Shown: positions 9,501 through 19,043, numbered from the stretch's first letter. The stretch is DNA of 64,000 nt from a virus (IMGVR_UViG_3300025011_000016); one strand, 5' to 3'. The notes: a model not told the origin generated them from the sequence alone. Numbers and translations: made by a program.

Positions 9501-12500
9501 CAGTTATTGATGAGGCTATCGTATTTCCTTGGGTAGCACTGACAAATACATCGTTTGCTATATTGATCAAGAAGAACCAACTAAAATTTAACATCCCCTT
9601 CATAGCAGATGAAATACTCTTCATCATATAATCAGTCTGCTCTGGGTGTACTCTGAACAAATGAGACGCCTCAAACCACCCAGTTACAAGACCATATGTT
9701 ACCCAAGTAGCATCAAGTAAGCCTAATGTTGCTGCAGATCCTGCTAAACGAGCAGTACCAGCTAACCATTTAGGAAGTGTCTTTCCAAGAACCTCTTTCG
9801 TGAATACCTTAGTTACAGTTGCGCTTATTGCCCCAAAACCTTTTTTAGCTTGTGGGCATTTCTCCCCAAGATATGCAAATAATTTTGACATCATTTCTTG
9901 AATAGTTTTTTGAATTTTAGCTATCTGTGACCCTTTAACATCATTGGCCATTTTAGTCGAATCCTCTATAACAGCTAGACCGGATTCTTTTACAACAGAA
10001 GAGGGTTTCCCTAATATTTTAGTCAATACTTTTTTACCTGTATTAACTATTGGATTTACTACTTTGGTGCCAGTTTTAATCATTTTACGCCCACCAGCTA
10101 CCATAGGTTCCACAAGTTTCTTATTTAAAAGTCTGGTGCCATATACGAGTCCTTTACCAACATGCTCGGCAGTATCCATATCTGTTATCGGATTACCATA
10201 GGTATCACTGTGATCACCATCGGTTGGGGAATCAGTTTTACCTATAAACCAATTAAATAACTTCTTTAAATATGGTAATGCCATTAATGCGGCTGTTGTG
10301 ATTAAACCAGCCTTACCAAATATTCCTAACCAATCTGCTCGTTGGCCTTTAATAAGGCCAGCAATATTGCTTAATAAAGATACCTCTTGAATCTGACTAT
10401 TCTGAGTAAATTCTCTATCCTCTCTGGCTTGATTTTGAGCTATAGTAAAAGAAGCGGTTCTTCTGGATACTTGTTTCTGGTCAGCATTCAACTCAGCTTC
10501 TTGTGCAGCTTCTTCAGCTCTGGCAGCATCCTCTTTATCTTCTTTAGTATCAAAAATATTCATTGCACCGAGCATTGAGTTTGTAATTTGATCCATCCCA
10601 TTAGATATAGAACGGAAGGGAAGTACTTTTCCTCTTGTTGATGAACCTGAGTTTGGAGATGGAGTGGTTGATACTAATCTAACTGGTAATGTATCCGATG
10701 AAACTATTCGTACTGGCATTGGAGTTAAATTCCCTGAATGGGTTACTCCATCAGTTCCTGTAGGAGCTAAAGTTCTTGCACTTCCATTAATCTGCATTAC
10801 CCTAACTTCTTTAACTAAATCTAAAGAACCCCCGGCTATAATAACCTCACTTTTCCACCCAGCCATTTTACCAATAGAACCAGCTAAGAACTTAATAGGT
10901 GATGTTACAATTTCAAATAAACTATCACCAATAGAAAGTAATTTCTGACCTACTGATGTGACTACATTAAATGTGAAATCTGTTATAGCACTTGCCGATT
11001 TAAACATAAAGTCAGTTACCATAGGAACCATTTTGAATAGTGCACCTACAGTACCAGATATAGCTTTACCAACAGCTTCACCAATACCTTTTGTTATCAT
11101 ACCTAAACCTTGTCCAACACCGAGAAGTATTTCTCCAAGGCCTTTACCGAAACCGATTAGTGAATGTGATACTAAACCTAATGTACCACTGAATAATTTA
11201 GCGACACCTTTTAATGATTCACCAATGGCAGGTCCCACAATCTTTAATGATTCAGCGACCGTTTGTAATGCAAATCCAACAGTTTTTACTATAGCTAATG
11301 GTAATTTAACTAAAGCCAATAATGTTTCTTTACCAATATTTAATACTTCTTTACTAAAATTCCACATCCCCTTAGCTATATCGACAGGAATTTTTACAAT
11401 TGCTTTACCTACACTTACAATTGTAGTACCAAGAGTTGATAATTTATCTCCAACATATCTAATTGGTTTCATCAATAATTCTTTAGCTGTGTCAAAAGGT
11501 TTATATAAAGCTCTTTTTATTTTACCTAAGAAACCAATTCTATCCCTATTAGAACTACCGGATAGATCTTCATCTCCTATACCACTTTGTTGTTGTAATA
11601 ATTTTCTTATTTTAAATACATTACTACCAACACCATCTAATTGACCTTTTACTTCTTGAGCAATAATCTTAATATCGCTGGCCATATCATTCATAATTTG
11701 AGGTTTAAATTCTAATGTAGACGTCTTACCAGATTTACTAACTTGAGGTGCTAAAGTAGTTGTATTTGTTTTATTTGAAGAATTATCCATTATAGGAGTT
11801 GGTCCATTATCCTGTTGAGAGTTATTAATTGGTGGAACTAATTGAAGAGTGGGTCTTGATTGAGTTGGTCCACTTTGAGTTGTTGGTATATTAGAACTTT
11901 TCGATTGCCTATAATCATCTAAACTAACAACGGGAAATGTAGACTTATTTGATTGATTTGGATTTGACATATTGTTAGCTTCAGCTATTCTAGTATTAGC
12001 CGATTCAATAGGATTTCCTTCACTACCATGAGTTCTATATACATCAACTATTACGTTACCATTTCTATCAAAATTATCATAATCGTTATCAGAACCAACA
12101 CCACGTCTTCTATTAAGTTTATCCCACTTAGCATCCAATATAGCTTTCTTCTCATTATATTTAGCTGCAGTATCGGATGCTCGTTTAGCTTTAGCAATCT
12201 CTAATTCCTTAGCATAAGGTGCTCCTTCAGAACTATTCCTAGCATCTTCAATAGCTTGTCTATTGAATATACTGTCTTTAACTGAACCCCAGAAACCTCT
12301 TTTCTTACGATAAGCCGCAACACCTTGCTCTTTATGTCGAGCCATTAATCCTTCAGATAAACCTTCCATAGCTCTAAGTGGTGCTGACAATAATGGCCCA
12401 AATATTCTACCAATACCATTAAGAAGTGTTGATAAGAAACTTTTCAAAGGTTTCATAACATTATCATTCATAAATTGTCCAAAAGGTTTACCAACAAATT

Positions 12501-15500
12501 TCTCAAAGGAAGTCCCTAAGAATGTTTGAAAGTTTTTCCAACCCTGAACAAAAGTATCTTTTAAGCTCCTAATCATAAGAGTCATTTCATGTTTTAAAGG
12601 ATCTATTGCATTTAAGAATGGATTAGCAATACTCTCCCCAAACCATTTTTGTATATTAAGGTTTATCTCTCCGAATTTTAATTTTAAAGGAGCTAATACT
12701 TCTAACTTTGTCCAGTTAATAAATTTCCCGAAAAGTCCTCCTTTTCTTAATTGTGTATCAGCATCGAATTCACCAAACAAAGCCTTTCTCCATTTATCTG
12801 AAGATAATGCAATACCTGCGGCGGCACCTAATAATGCTCCACCAATAGGACCACCAGGTAATAGCATCGCACCCATTAAACCAAATTTACTTGTAATCAT
12901 ACCAAGTGCGGCTCCACCAGCCGCACCAGCTCCCATATTACCAAATAAATTTTTATTCTTTCCTTTTCTAAATTGACCAAATAATTTGTCTACAACTCCA
13001 CCTTGTCTTTTTCCATCAGCATCTTTCTCACCAAACATCGCCTTTTGAAAACGTTCGGATCGTACTAATAAAGATGTGCCAACCCCTAATATAGCCCCAC
13101 CGACAATTCCTCCAGGTAAGAAAAATGATGGTAATAAGCCGAAGCTAGTTAATAATGATTTAGCGGCTCCCATACTAGCTCCACCAATTATACCAACCTT
13201 ATTCTTCTTTAAAAAATCAGTTGTTTTTTTACTAACAAAACCACCAATTCGAGTTCCATTAATATCCTTAGGACCAAACAACCAATTATTAAATCTATCT
13301 GATTGGGATAAGAATCCCATAGTAGTCGCGACTACAGCCCCACCAATAGGGCCACCTGGTAATAATAACGAGCCTAGTAAACCTAATTTACCTCCAAATA
13401 ATAAACCAGCAGTTCCACCTAATAAACCATAAGCTAATGACTTTGGTGCCTTCTTTTTAATATTTTTAAATAGTTCATCCATGACAATATGATTCTGATT
13501 ATCTTTACCACCAATTCGTTTTGGTCCAAACATAGCATCACTAAAGTTTTGGAAACCTTTACCAATACTACTAACAATTCCAGAAAAAACACCTTTAGTA
13601 TTATTAGTAGGATCATTAGTATCTTTCTTGCCAAATAAATATTCTTTTAAATTTCCTTTAAAGTCTTTAAACATCGATTTCAATTCACCGAAAACACTAG
13701 AATTATTATCTGAGAATTTATCACCAGCTCTATTAGTATAACCTTTACCAGTGAAATAATATTTAGCCCCATCCCAGATATCCATTAATGAATTTGCAGT
13801 TTGGGAGAATACACCATTTTCTCTTGCCCCATTAGCTCCACCCGGATCTCCAAATAGATAATTGGCTAATTTAGAGAGTTTACCTTTAGCTGTATTAACC
13901 ATTTCACTATTTTTCAATTTAGTTATAAATCCATCTTTTCCAAAGAGAGCATCTTTAATCGGGAGAAATATCTCTGTCTTCATCCATGTAGAAAATGTTT
14001 CAAATTTAGTTTTCATTAATGATAAAGTCTTAGAAAAAAATGAAGTGTTCTCATCAGTTCCTTGTTTACCAAACACCATTTCATACATGGTTAAATCTAT
14101 CTTCTTAAATACACCTGATAATAATTTAACTGGTGCCTGAAATAAATCATTGACTTTCTCTCTAATCATATTATATCTTTCTTGAGCGTCACCTTTAAAG
14201 AATTTACCTGCCCATTTGAATATATTATTACCTTGATTTGGTCCAGGAACTTTATCTCTTTCACTCACATATGTTCCAATTTGAGCTTGAAAATCTCCTT
14301 CTCCTAGACCCGAATCTGAAAGTGAATCTATTGTTCTTTGACCATGATTCATTCTCTGACCAATTTGAGTTTCAGTTGATGGTGTGATTGTATTATTCTT
14401 TCGATTTCTTTCTTTTATAATATCTTCTCTTTGTTTCATTCTCTTTAATCCACTACTACTATGAGTCGGTGGAACGAATGGTGAAAGAGGATCTGTATTA
14501 GTTGACTGATTTGGAAATACTATTATGCCTTTAAGTAATATTTTTTTAATATCACGTAAATAATCTAAACTGTTAAGATCATATGCATCGGATGGCAATA
14601 ACCCTCCGCCTTTTTTTAGTTTAAACTTACTTGGATCTTTAGTATCGCGAGTAAGATGACCATCTATTCCAGCTTCATTAAATATATTATTAGCATTATT
14701 CTTTAAAGGATTCTCCTCGGCATCCATCATGAATCTGTTTTGTTCTCTACGGGCATTAATTACGCCCATACCAAACATCTGTGATTGCATATTCTTAGGT
14801 AGAGATAGAATCAATTGTCTAAAGAATTTCTGCTGATCCCCTTTAAATTTAAATACATCAGCTAGTTCATCAACGGCATTACCATTTTTATCTTTAGTAC
14901 TAGTTGGATTTACAAGATAATTAGATTTTGCAAGGTTTATAAAGAAACTATCTATATCTTTATAAAATTTATTACGTTCCACACCATCTTCAATATAAAA
15001 TGAATTAGCTCTATCTTTTATTTCACTAATAGCATCACTAAATTGATTTAGAACAGTTCTTTCTTTCTGATCATCAAAATCTTTTTTCATTTGATAAACT
15101 GATCCAAATGTTCCCTTATCATAATCGAAACCCATCTCTTCTTTACCTGTTAAAGCAGAGAGTATTTTTCTTAAATATGTTGGTATAACATCAGTTATTG
15201 ATTTCTTAACATACCCATCAAAAGGAACTGGCCCTTTATTAAACTTAGACATATCTACAGATGATTTTGTTTTAACATTAGCTCCAAACACCTGACCAAA
15301 TAATTGCATTATAGGATTATCAGATTTATAAGCTAGTCTGTTAATTTTCATTAGCATGGCTGGGAAAAATCCCTGAAAGGACTTATCCATATCTGTCATC
15401 GCTGACTTAAGCATATTTGGTATTAAAGCTGTAACTATTTTAGTTGAAATAAAACTTAAGGGTGAGGCCGCAAGGAATTTTAAAGTATCTTTATCCTGCA

Positions 15501-16389
15501 ACATACTTTTTATTGGTGATAAAAACATATTAGAATCAATAGCATTTCCAACTTGTTTCCATACCATATTACCATAACCTTTAAGATTCAAACCTCCTTT
15601 AGATAATAAAGCCATATCTAAAGGATCGTCTTTCCTCTTACCTGGTTCAGTAGGTTTAGGTGAAGACTTTTGAATCTCAAGTAAAGTATCTCCTAATACT
15701 TTTAGATTTTGTTCGTAATAGACTAAAGATGCTGATATATATTTTGTCATAGATTCACTCTGGAAGTTAACTAATAAAGCTAAGTTATTATTAATCCCAT
15801 TCAATCCCTGCATTATACCAGTACCTATTTTTTTATTAGATAATAATGTGGTGGTAGCTAATGATACACCTAAATCATTTGTTACCTGAGCTGTTGACAA
15901 CATAGCTTGAGTTTGTCTATCTACAGCTTTAACCATGGGATTATTCTTATTTATATTACCTTCTATATTATTAATATGAATTGGTTGTTGCTTAGATGAT
16001 GTATCATCGGATTCATCAAAGTTAAAATCACTCATTCCAAATTCATCGTCACCATCTTGGAATACCTTATCTTGACGATCCTTATTATATATCTTACCTG
16101 ATTTAATATCCTTCATAGCATTTTGTATTGATGATCTTGCTATATCAGCATATTCACTACCGATAATTTCATCAACGACACGTTTACCTTGAGATTTCAT
16201 TCTGCGTAAATCTGTATATAATTCCTTTACAGTTTCTACATTAGATGTAGTGAAATCAATAGTTGCTGGCATCATTTCATTTACAAGATCCATAGATGTA
16301 TAGCCTAATGATTTACCAACATTTTTAAACCAAGACATTGCACTTGGAGTTTTAACTTTAACTGATCCTTTCTTACTTTTATCAATCAT
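6559..16389 (-). CDS. Giant tape-measure-like virion protein (~3,270 aa) with C39-like peptidase and C-terminal lysozyme-like domain
   Basis: True start is likely ATG at 16389 (RBS aaaggag, late promoter at 16422-16433). C39 motifs YYSQADDRW...GCGPTSAAMV...GHFVVAVG...INDP. HESNGNY...SIGALQW resembles a lysozyme-like fold. Long amphipathic helical central region. Confidence 0.75.
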   Translation of the reverse strand: MIDKSKKGSVKVKTPSAMSWFKNVGKSLGYTSMDLVNEMMPATIDFTTSNVETVKELYTDLRRMKSQGKRVVDEIIGSEYADIARSSIQNAMKDIKSGKIYNKDRQDKVFQDGDDEFGMSDFNFDESDDTSSKQQPIHINNIEGNINKNNPMVKAVDRQTQAMLSTAQVTNDLGVSLATTTLLSNKKIGTGIMQGLNGINNNLALLVNFQSESMTKYISASLVYYEQNLKVLGDTLLEIQKSSPKPTEPGKRKDDPLDMALLSKGGLNLKGYGNMVWKQVGNAIDSNMFLSPIKSMLQDKDTLKFLAASPLSFISTKIVTALIPNMLKSAMTDMDKSFQGFFPAMLMKINRLAYKSDNPIMQLFGQVFGANVKTKSSVDMSKFNKGPVPFDGYVKKSITDVIPTYLRKILSALTGKEEMGFDYDKGTFGSVYQMKKDFDDQKERTVLNQFSDAISEIKDRANSFYIEDGVERNKFYKDIDSFFINLAKSNYLVNPTSTKDKNGNAVDELADVFKFKGDQQKFFRQLILSLPKNMQSQMFGMGVINARREQNRFMMDAEENPLKNNANNIFNEAGIDGHLTRDTKDPSKFKLKKGGGLLPSDAYDLNSLDYLRDIKKILLKGIIVFPNQSTNTDPLSPFVPPTHSSSGLKRMKQREDIIKERNRKNNTITPSTETQIGQRMNHGQRTIDSLSDSGLGEGDFQAQIGTYVSERDKVPGPNQGNNIFKWAGKFFKGDAQERYNMIREKVNDLFQAPVKLLSGVFKKIDLTMYEMVFGKQGTDENTSFFSKTLSLMKTKFETFSTWMKTEIFLPIKDALFGKDGFITKLKNSEMVNTAKGKLSKLANYLFGDPGGANGARENGVFSQTANSLMDIWDGAKYYFTGKGYTNRAGDKFSDNNSSVFGELKSMFKDFKGNLKEYLFGKKDTNDPTNNTKGVFSGIVSSIGKGFQNFSDAMFGPKRIGGKDNQNHIVMDELFKNIKKKAPKSLAYGLLGGTAGLLFGGKLGLLGSLLLPGGPIGGAVVATTMGFLSQSDRFNNWLFGPKDINGTRIGGFVSKKTTDFLKKNKVGIIGGASMGAAKSLLTSFGLLPSFFLPGGIVGGAILGVGTSLLVRSERFQKAMFGEKDADGKRQGGVVDKLFGQFRKGKNKNLFGNMGAGAAGGAALGMITSKFGLMGAMLLPGGPIGGALLGAAAGIALSSDKWRKALFGEFDADTQLRKGGLFGKFINWTKLEVLAPLKLKFGEINLNIQKWFGESIANPFLNAIDPLKHEMTLMIRSLKDTFVQGWKNFQTFLGTSFEKFVGKPFGQFMNDNVMKPLKSFLSTLLNGIGRIFGPLLSAPLRAMEGLSEGLMARHKEQGVAAYRKKRGFWGSVKDSIFNRQAIEDARNSSEGAPYAKELEIAKAKRASDTAAKYNEKKAILDAKWDKLNRRRGVGSDNDYDNFDRNGNVIVDVYRTHGSEGNPIESANTRIAEANNMSNPNQSNKSTFPVVSLDDYRQSKSSNIPTTQSGPTQSRPTLQLVPPINNSQQDNGPTPIMDNSSNKTNTTTLAPQVSKSGKTSTLEFKPQIMNDMASDIKIIAQEVKGQLDGVGSNVFKIRKLLQQQSGIGDEDLSGSSNRDRIGFLGKIKRALYKPFDTAKELLMKPIRYVGDKLSTLGTTIVSVGKAIVKIPVDIAKGMWNFSKEVLNIGKETLLALVKLPLAIVKTVGFALQTVAESLKIVGPAIGESLKGVAKLFSGTLGLVSHSLIGFGKGLGEILLGVGQGLGMITKGIGEAVGKAISGTVGALFKMVPMVTDFMFKSASAITDFTFNVVTSVGQKLLSIGDSLFEIVTSPIKFLAGSIGKMAGWKSEVIIAGGSLDLVKEVRVMQINGSARTLAPTGTDGVTHSGNLTPMPVRIVSSDTLPVRLVSTTPSPNSGSSTRGKVLPFRSISNGMDQITNSMLGAMNIFDTKEDKEDAARAEEAAQEAELNADQKQVSRRTASFTIAQNQAREDREFTQNSQIQEVSLLSNIAGLIKGQRADWLGIFGKAGLITTAALMALPYLKKLFNWFIGKTDSPTDGDHSDTYGNPITDMDTAEHVGKGLVYGTRLLNKKLVEPMVAGGRKMIKTGTKVVNPIVNTGKKVLTKILGKPSSVVKESGLAVIEDSTKMANDVKGSQIAKIQKTIQEMMSKLFAYLGEKCPQAKKGFGAISATVTKVFTKEVLGKTLPKWLAGTARLAGSAATLGLLDATWVTYGLVTGWFEASHLFRVHPEQTDYMMKSISSAMKGMLNFSWFFLINIANDVFVSATQGNTIASSITGGTGFLEMIANYLYAAWAGDDKGIKLENNQGAFKKELEEYNIENNKNLTPDEYNALTNPTIADKVVGGIKNGASYVGGKISQGASYVGNGIVNNTKWVANNMPIVGDFINNDTVKKNLNVTGNGTISTGMRIASGISGGLESASLGILDSEKTAKTIYGIGVTANNFIDTLGINLGKTSEKISTETSTKLDSITGSFRDTWAVMTSIVDEKVAEIKKDVGEKVDLISGSFRDTWSVMTSIVDEKVAGIKKDINEKTEPIVKAFRDTWVVISGYVDDAITPIKSFFKNIADGMKNTFGKIGDKVKNGWNSVVNLFNGNADLELKDANFSTNTTSNVRRGGMGGFNGGFGEAPSTVNNFSYYSQADDRWANVPYDYSPGKGHSPNPAMEKRGCGPTSAAMVVSQLTGKQYTPVQMAKIAQEDGYSTNQGTSWGYFNDIAKKFSMQTTQIDPSSNKGTVRNWLDNGVPIVLSGIRPGSSASENSPFTSAGHFVVAVGNDGPNKVMINDPRGEKYSHSYNMNTVMNEAKQAWGFKYGGGPIPTPSTDTPSSSPSVAKKEGPFSGEDLFSKLSELMGIYTENAFFGRNDQLSWGTDDTGSPIQAPSSTAGIDFIPKNLQDAILKKTAEETIKHESNGNYTFAKNDINGSTGQSISPSIGALQWRGGYAKQLMQNMAAKLPGNSEANYFANKVNWNSNSPWSNSEQTRLQNFLTSNYGITKQVEDDMIMNHVRDTNLSQVYKYGVVPKKIADPRSIVFLGDFANTGPANISPFMSAYSKTSQTGKSEFDHLYNEFKAKSYWGKHSGIYSGRMSGLYSDLSDWDPEQGGYGAQHVPGGFGELTDSITSKLTSNPDNGTVMNNLSFPSFSSGSSPAVRSYMSNNQQASNTGSFSDELLSEAIHVLQSIASNTGNTTDGIRSLSNMKIQVDVSNNQPPTSGNTSQNNIIIAPGQTSTSINPFMGMGTKKEDKESRNYEVAKTIARGRIT
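8680..8945 (-). repeat. Three ~99-bp (33-aa) tandem repeats inside the giant protein
   Basis: SFRDTW(A/S/V)V(MTSIVDEKVA) occurs three times. ccactttttcatcaacaattgacgtcataac recurs 99 bp apart. Confidence 0.85.
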
Positions 16390-16421
16390 ACTTTCATCTC
16401 CTTTCATAATACATATAGTCT

Positions 16422-16433
16422 TAGATAAATGTT
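16422..16433 (-). promoter_or_regulatory. Late promoter motif AACA-N6-TA
   Basis: Minus strand reads aaca-tttatc-ta upstream of the giant protein start. Confidence 0.7.
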
Positions 16434-16470
16434 TTACTATAAAAAAATAAGGTTTGTTAAAAAGACAAAA

Positions 16471-16508
16471 AAATATACAGAGCATCAAAAAGATGCTCTG
16501 TATATTTA
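16471..16508 (-). terminator. Terminator hairpin
   Basis: aaatatacagagcatc-aaaa-gatgctctgtatattt. Confidence 0.8.
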
Positions 16509-16519
16509 AATAGATTACA

Positions 16520-16825
16520 CTATTCACTAAATTCAAATTGTTTTGAATAACTGGCAACTAGACTAGCTATCATCATTTTATAACTTCTGATGTGTGTAAC
16601 AGTACCGGTACATTCAATTTGAAATGTATAAGTATCATCTACTCGCATCTGGCCAGATTTAACTTTAACCCGATGTTGTTTACCATGAGTTTGTATCCAT
16701 GTGGTAACTAATTCAACATGTAAATCTTCAGATAACACAGCTCTCACGTTTAATGTCTTAGTAATAACCTCATCAATTTTCCTAATATGTCTCTGCGTAT
16801 TTTTTTCTTCAACCAACATATACAT
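16520..16825 (-). CDS. Hypothetical protein
   Basis: 101-aa ORF coupled to the upstream gene (RBS gggag) and ending before a terminator. Confidence 0.65.
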   Translation of the reverse strand: MYMLVEEKNTQRHIRKIDEVITKTLNVRAVLSEDLHVELVTTWIQTHGKQHRVKVKSGQMRVDDTYTFQIECTGTVTHIRSYKMMIASLVASYSKQFEFSE

Positions 16826-16829
16826 TCTG

Positions 16830-18143
16830 TTATCTACTCCCTTGTAAGTTTTTTGTCCATTCGTCTTGGGTTATCTCAGTATAATTACCAGTAGAATTAA
16901 CAAGTACACGACCCACACCTATATGATTAGAATCGTTTGGGTTATAACTTGCCACTTCAAGAACCCCAAGTCCATGTGTTGATATATCCGCAAGTTTTAT
17001 AATATGAATATCTACACCTGAAGTATGACGATAATATTTACCTATCTCAAAGCGTTCCGGTTGTTTGATATTAGGTAATTCATTCTCTGGAGTTGAGGGC
17101 TTCATACTGCCTTTATCAATACTAATAGAATCAATTATACCCATTTCACCAGGAAAGCATCTTTCTACAAATGCTTCGTCTCTCCGTTTGAAATCATTAT
17201 CCGTGATAACAGATCCAGGCCTAGATCTAACCACGTCGCTCAGACAACTTGCATCAATATCGGTATCAGTAACTCGGTCCATTACGGGAATGTTATTAAC
17301 CCCATCACTTAACTCAGTTACGGCATAATTTGGGGTTTGAATAAATACATCCATTGCTTTACTCAAACACTCAAAAGCGTATTTAAGTTCGTTGAACTTC
17401 CCAGTGATCTTCAATTTATCAATACTACTATCCGATAATTCAAAATCTGGAAATACCGAGGTAATGTCCATTTCTAGAAGTTTACTCAGATCCTTTTCTA
17501 GAGGATCTTTCTGGGATTTAGGAATTGAAGTACTAATACAATGATATTCTCGATGTTTTAAATCCAGGACACCGGCATTAGTCTTATCGCATAAACCTTC
17601 CATGAATTCACAAAACTTCTTATCTATAAGAGGTATTAACTCATTCTCAACTTTTAATCGTTGGAGAGAATTAACATTAAAAAGTTCTATGACCATAGAT
17701 GGTCTACCCATCTGTATTTTCCCATTAAGATTATCTGGGGTTTGACACTCCTCCATATCATCAACACCATAGTGTTCACAATCTGAACCAATACATCCCA
17801 ATTCATCACACGGATCATCATCGTCATCGTCGGAGATAACATTGGTTAAAAATTCCCCGACCTCCAAAATTTGATCAAGATCCCACTCAAGATACTTATC
17901 GGACATAATAGCCATAGCTTCATAGATCTTTTTATGCTTATTGTGTTCTGTCTCGGTTATTTCAACCCAACCTTCGGTATATGCCGGGTCGTCTTTACCA
18001 ATCATAATCAAAGCTCCAGTGCCAGCTCTACAAAGAAGTTTTGCACCAAATGCTGTACTCTGAACTACCTCAACTGCTTTAGTCTCAATTCCGCTTTCAT
18101 GTTGATAACATTTACCCACTTCAAAATTAGCCATGTTAAACAC
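16830..18143 (-). CDS. Hypothetical protein with related N- and C-terminal domains
   Basis: FEVGKCYQHESG...WVEITE at the N-terminus versus FEIGKYYRHTSG...YTEITQ at the C-terminus. RBS gaggagag. Confidence 0.75.
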   Translation of the reverse strand: MFNMANFEVGKCYQHESGIETKAVEVVQSTAFGAKLLCRAGTGALIMIGKDDPAYTEGWVEITETEHNKHKKIYEAMAIMSDKYLEWDLDQILEVGEFLTNVISDDDDDDPCDELGCIGSDCEHYGVDDMEECQTPDNLNGKIQMGRPSMVIELFNVNSLQRLKVENELIPLIDKKFCEFMEGLCDKTNAGVLDLKHREYHCISTSIPKSQKDPLEKDLSKLLEMDITSVFPDFELSDSSIDKLKITGKFNELKYAFECLSKAMDVFIQTPNYAVTELSDGVNNIPVMDRVTDTDIDASCLSDVVRSRPGSVITDNDFKRRDEAFVERCFPGEMGIIDSISIDKGSMKPSTPENELPNIKQPERFEIGKYYRHTSGVDIHIIKLADISTHGLGVLEVASYNPNDSNHIGVGRVLVNSTGNYTEITQDEWTKNLQGSR

Positions 18144-18161
18144 ACTCTCCTCTTTCTCTAT

Positions 18162-18566
18162 TTACTTCATTAACTTATTAATATTAGTCCGCCCATTAGA
18201 TGCCTTAGCACTGTAAACACATCCACAATTAAGACAGACTATACTAATAACGTCAAAAATTTCATTATGATTTTCTCTTTCAGTTCTGAAATAACTTGCA
18301 GATTCTGAACCTGCTTTACAATCTGGACAATCATCACTTAACCTGGTATTTATGATAGAAATAATAGGTATAAGATTAGAATATCCAAGTATGTGAATTG
18401 AATAATTGAATATCGGTATAGTAGTTAGGTTATATTTAGTAATGATTTTAGCCAGTTCAATCATCATGACGACCCGACTAAATTCACCTTTAGCATTAGC
18501 ATGACGAATAATTAAATTATGAGCATTTAGTCTATCTTCATATGTTGGAAACTGATAATATGTCAT
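18162..18566 (-). CDS. Hypothetical protein with possible zinc ribbon
   Basis: CPDC...CLNC cysteine pairs. Confidence 0.65.
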   Translation of the reverse strand: MTYYQFPTYEDRLNAHNLIIRHANAKGEFSRVVMMIELAKIITKYNLTTIPIFNYSIHILGYSNLIPIISIINTRLSDDCPDCKAGSESASYFRTERENHNEIFDVISIVCLNCGCVYSAKASNGRTNINKLMK

Positions 18567-18569
18567 ATA

Positions 18570-18737
18570 CTACATACCAGCTTTTAAATATATCAGTCCA
18601 CATAATATCACGATAAGACTACCACCAATTGAGAAAGCCAATGCTGAAGTTGTACTTCTACGGATTTCCTCTTTAATGATATTTCGTTTTACCAAAATTA
18701 CCCCAGCAACTCCCAAGGCAATTAATCCACCTGTCAT
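18570..18737 (-). CDS. Small membrane protein (55 aa), absent from the ORF track
   Basis: MTGGLIALGVAGVILVKRN...AFSIGGSLIVILCGLIYLKAGM has two hydrophobic segments. RBS aaagggg. Confidence 0.6.
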   Translation of the reverse strand: MTGGLIALGVAGVILVKRNIIKEEIRRSTTSALAFSIGGSLIVILCGLIYLKAGM

Positions 18738-18830
18738 AACAATTACCCCCTTTATTTAATATATCTGATAAATATCAGATAATACATACTAGGTGAAATA
18801 CATAGTTAAGACCAAGTATTGAAAACGTCT

Positions 18831-18871
18831 AAACCCCACAGAGTATCTTTTATTGATACTCTGTGGGGTTT
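18831..18871 (-). terminator. Strong terminator hairpin
   Basis: 17-bp stem aaaccccacagagtatc / gatactctgtggggttt. Confidence 0.85.
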
Positions 18872-18883
18872 AGTTTTAATAAA

Positions 18884-19032
18884 TGTCGCCGAGTGGCAAT
18901 GAACCATAATTAAGCTTTTGGTTGAAATGACGGCAGGTCATTATAAGTAACCAAAAAATGTATGCTGGTATGATTCGATAATCCCGACGGAGGACTAATT
19001 CCCAGGATTAATTCGTGCTCTCCTCGGCGGCA
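18884..19032 (-). ncRNA. Candidate structured RNA (~150 nt)
   Basis: Closing helix cgccgag/ctcggcg and internal ttttggtt/aaccaaaa stem enclosing atgac/gtcat. GC-rich relative to its flanks. Confidence 0.4.
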
Positions 19033-19043
19033 AAGATAACTAA

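Noticed and set aside
7946-14140. Long + strand ORFs antisense to the giant protein (for example 8513..9247, 10958..11644, 13076..13432)
   Set aside because: Shadow frames produced by codon bias and repeats. No RBS or promoter support.
16390-16557. N-terminal extension of the 3,332-aa ORF in the track
   Set aside because: It overlaps the 16520..16825 gene and a terminator. The RBS and late promoter point to ATG 16389.
18884-19032. tRNA
   Set aside because: No cloverleaf, TTC-containing T-loop or CCA end. Kept only as an unknown structured RNA.
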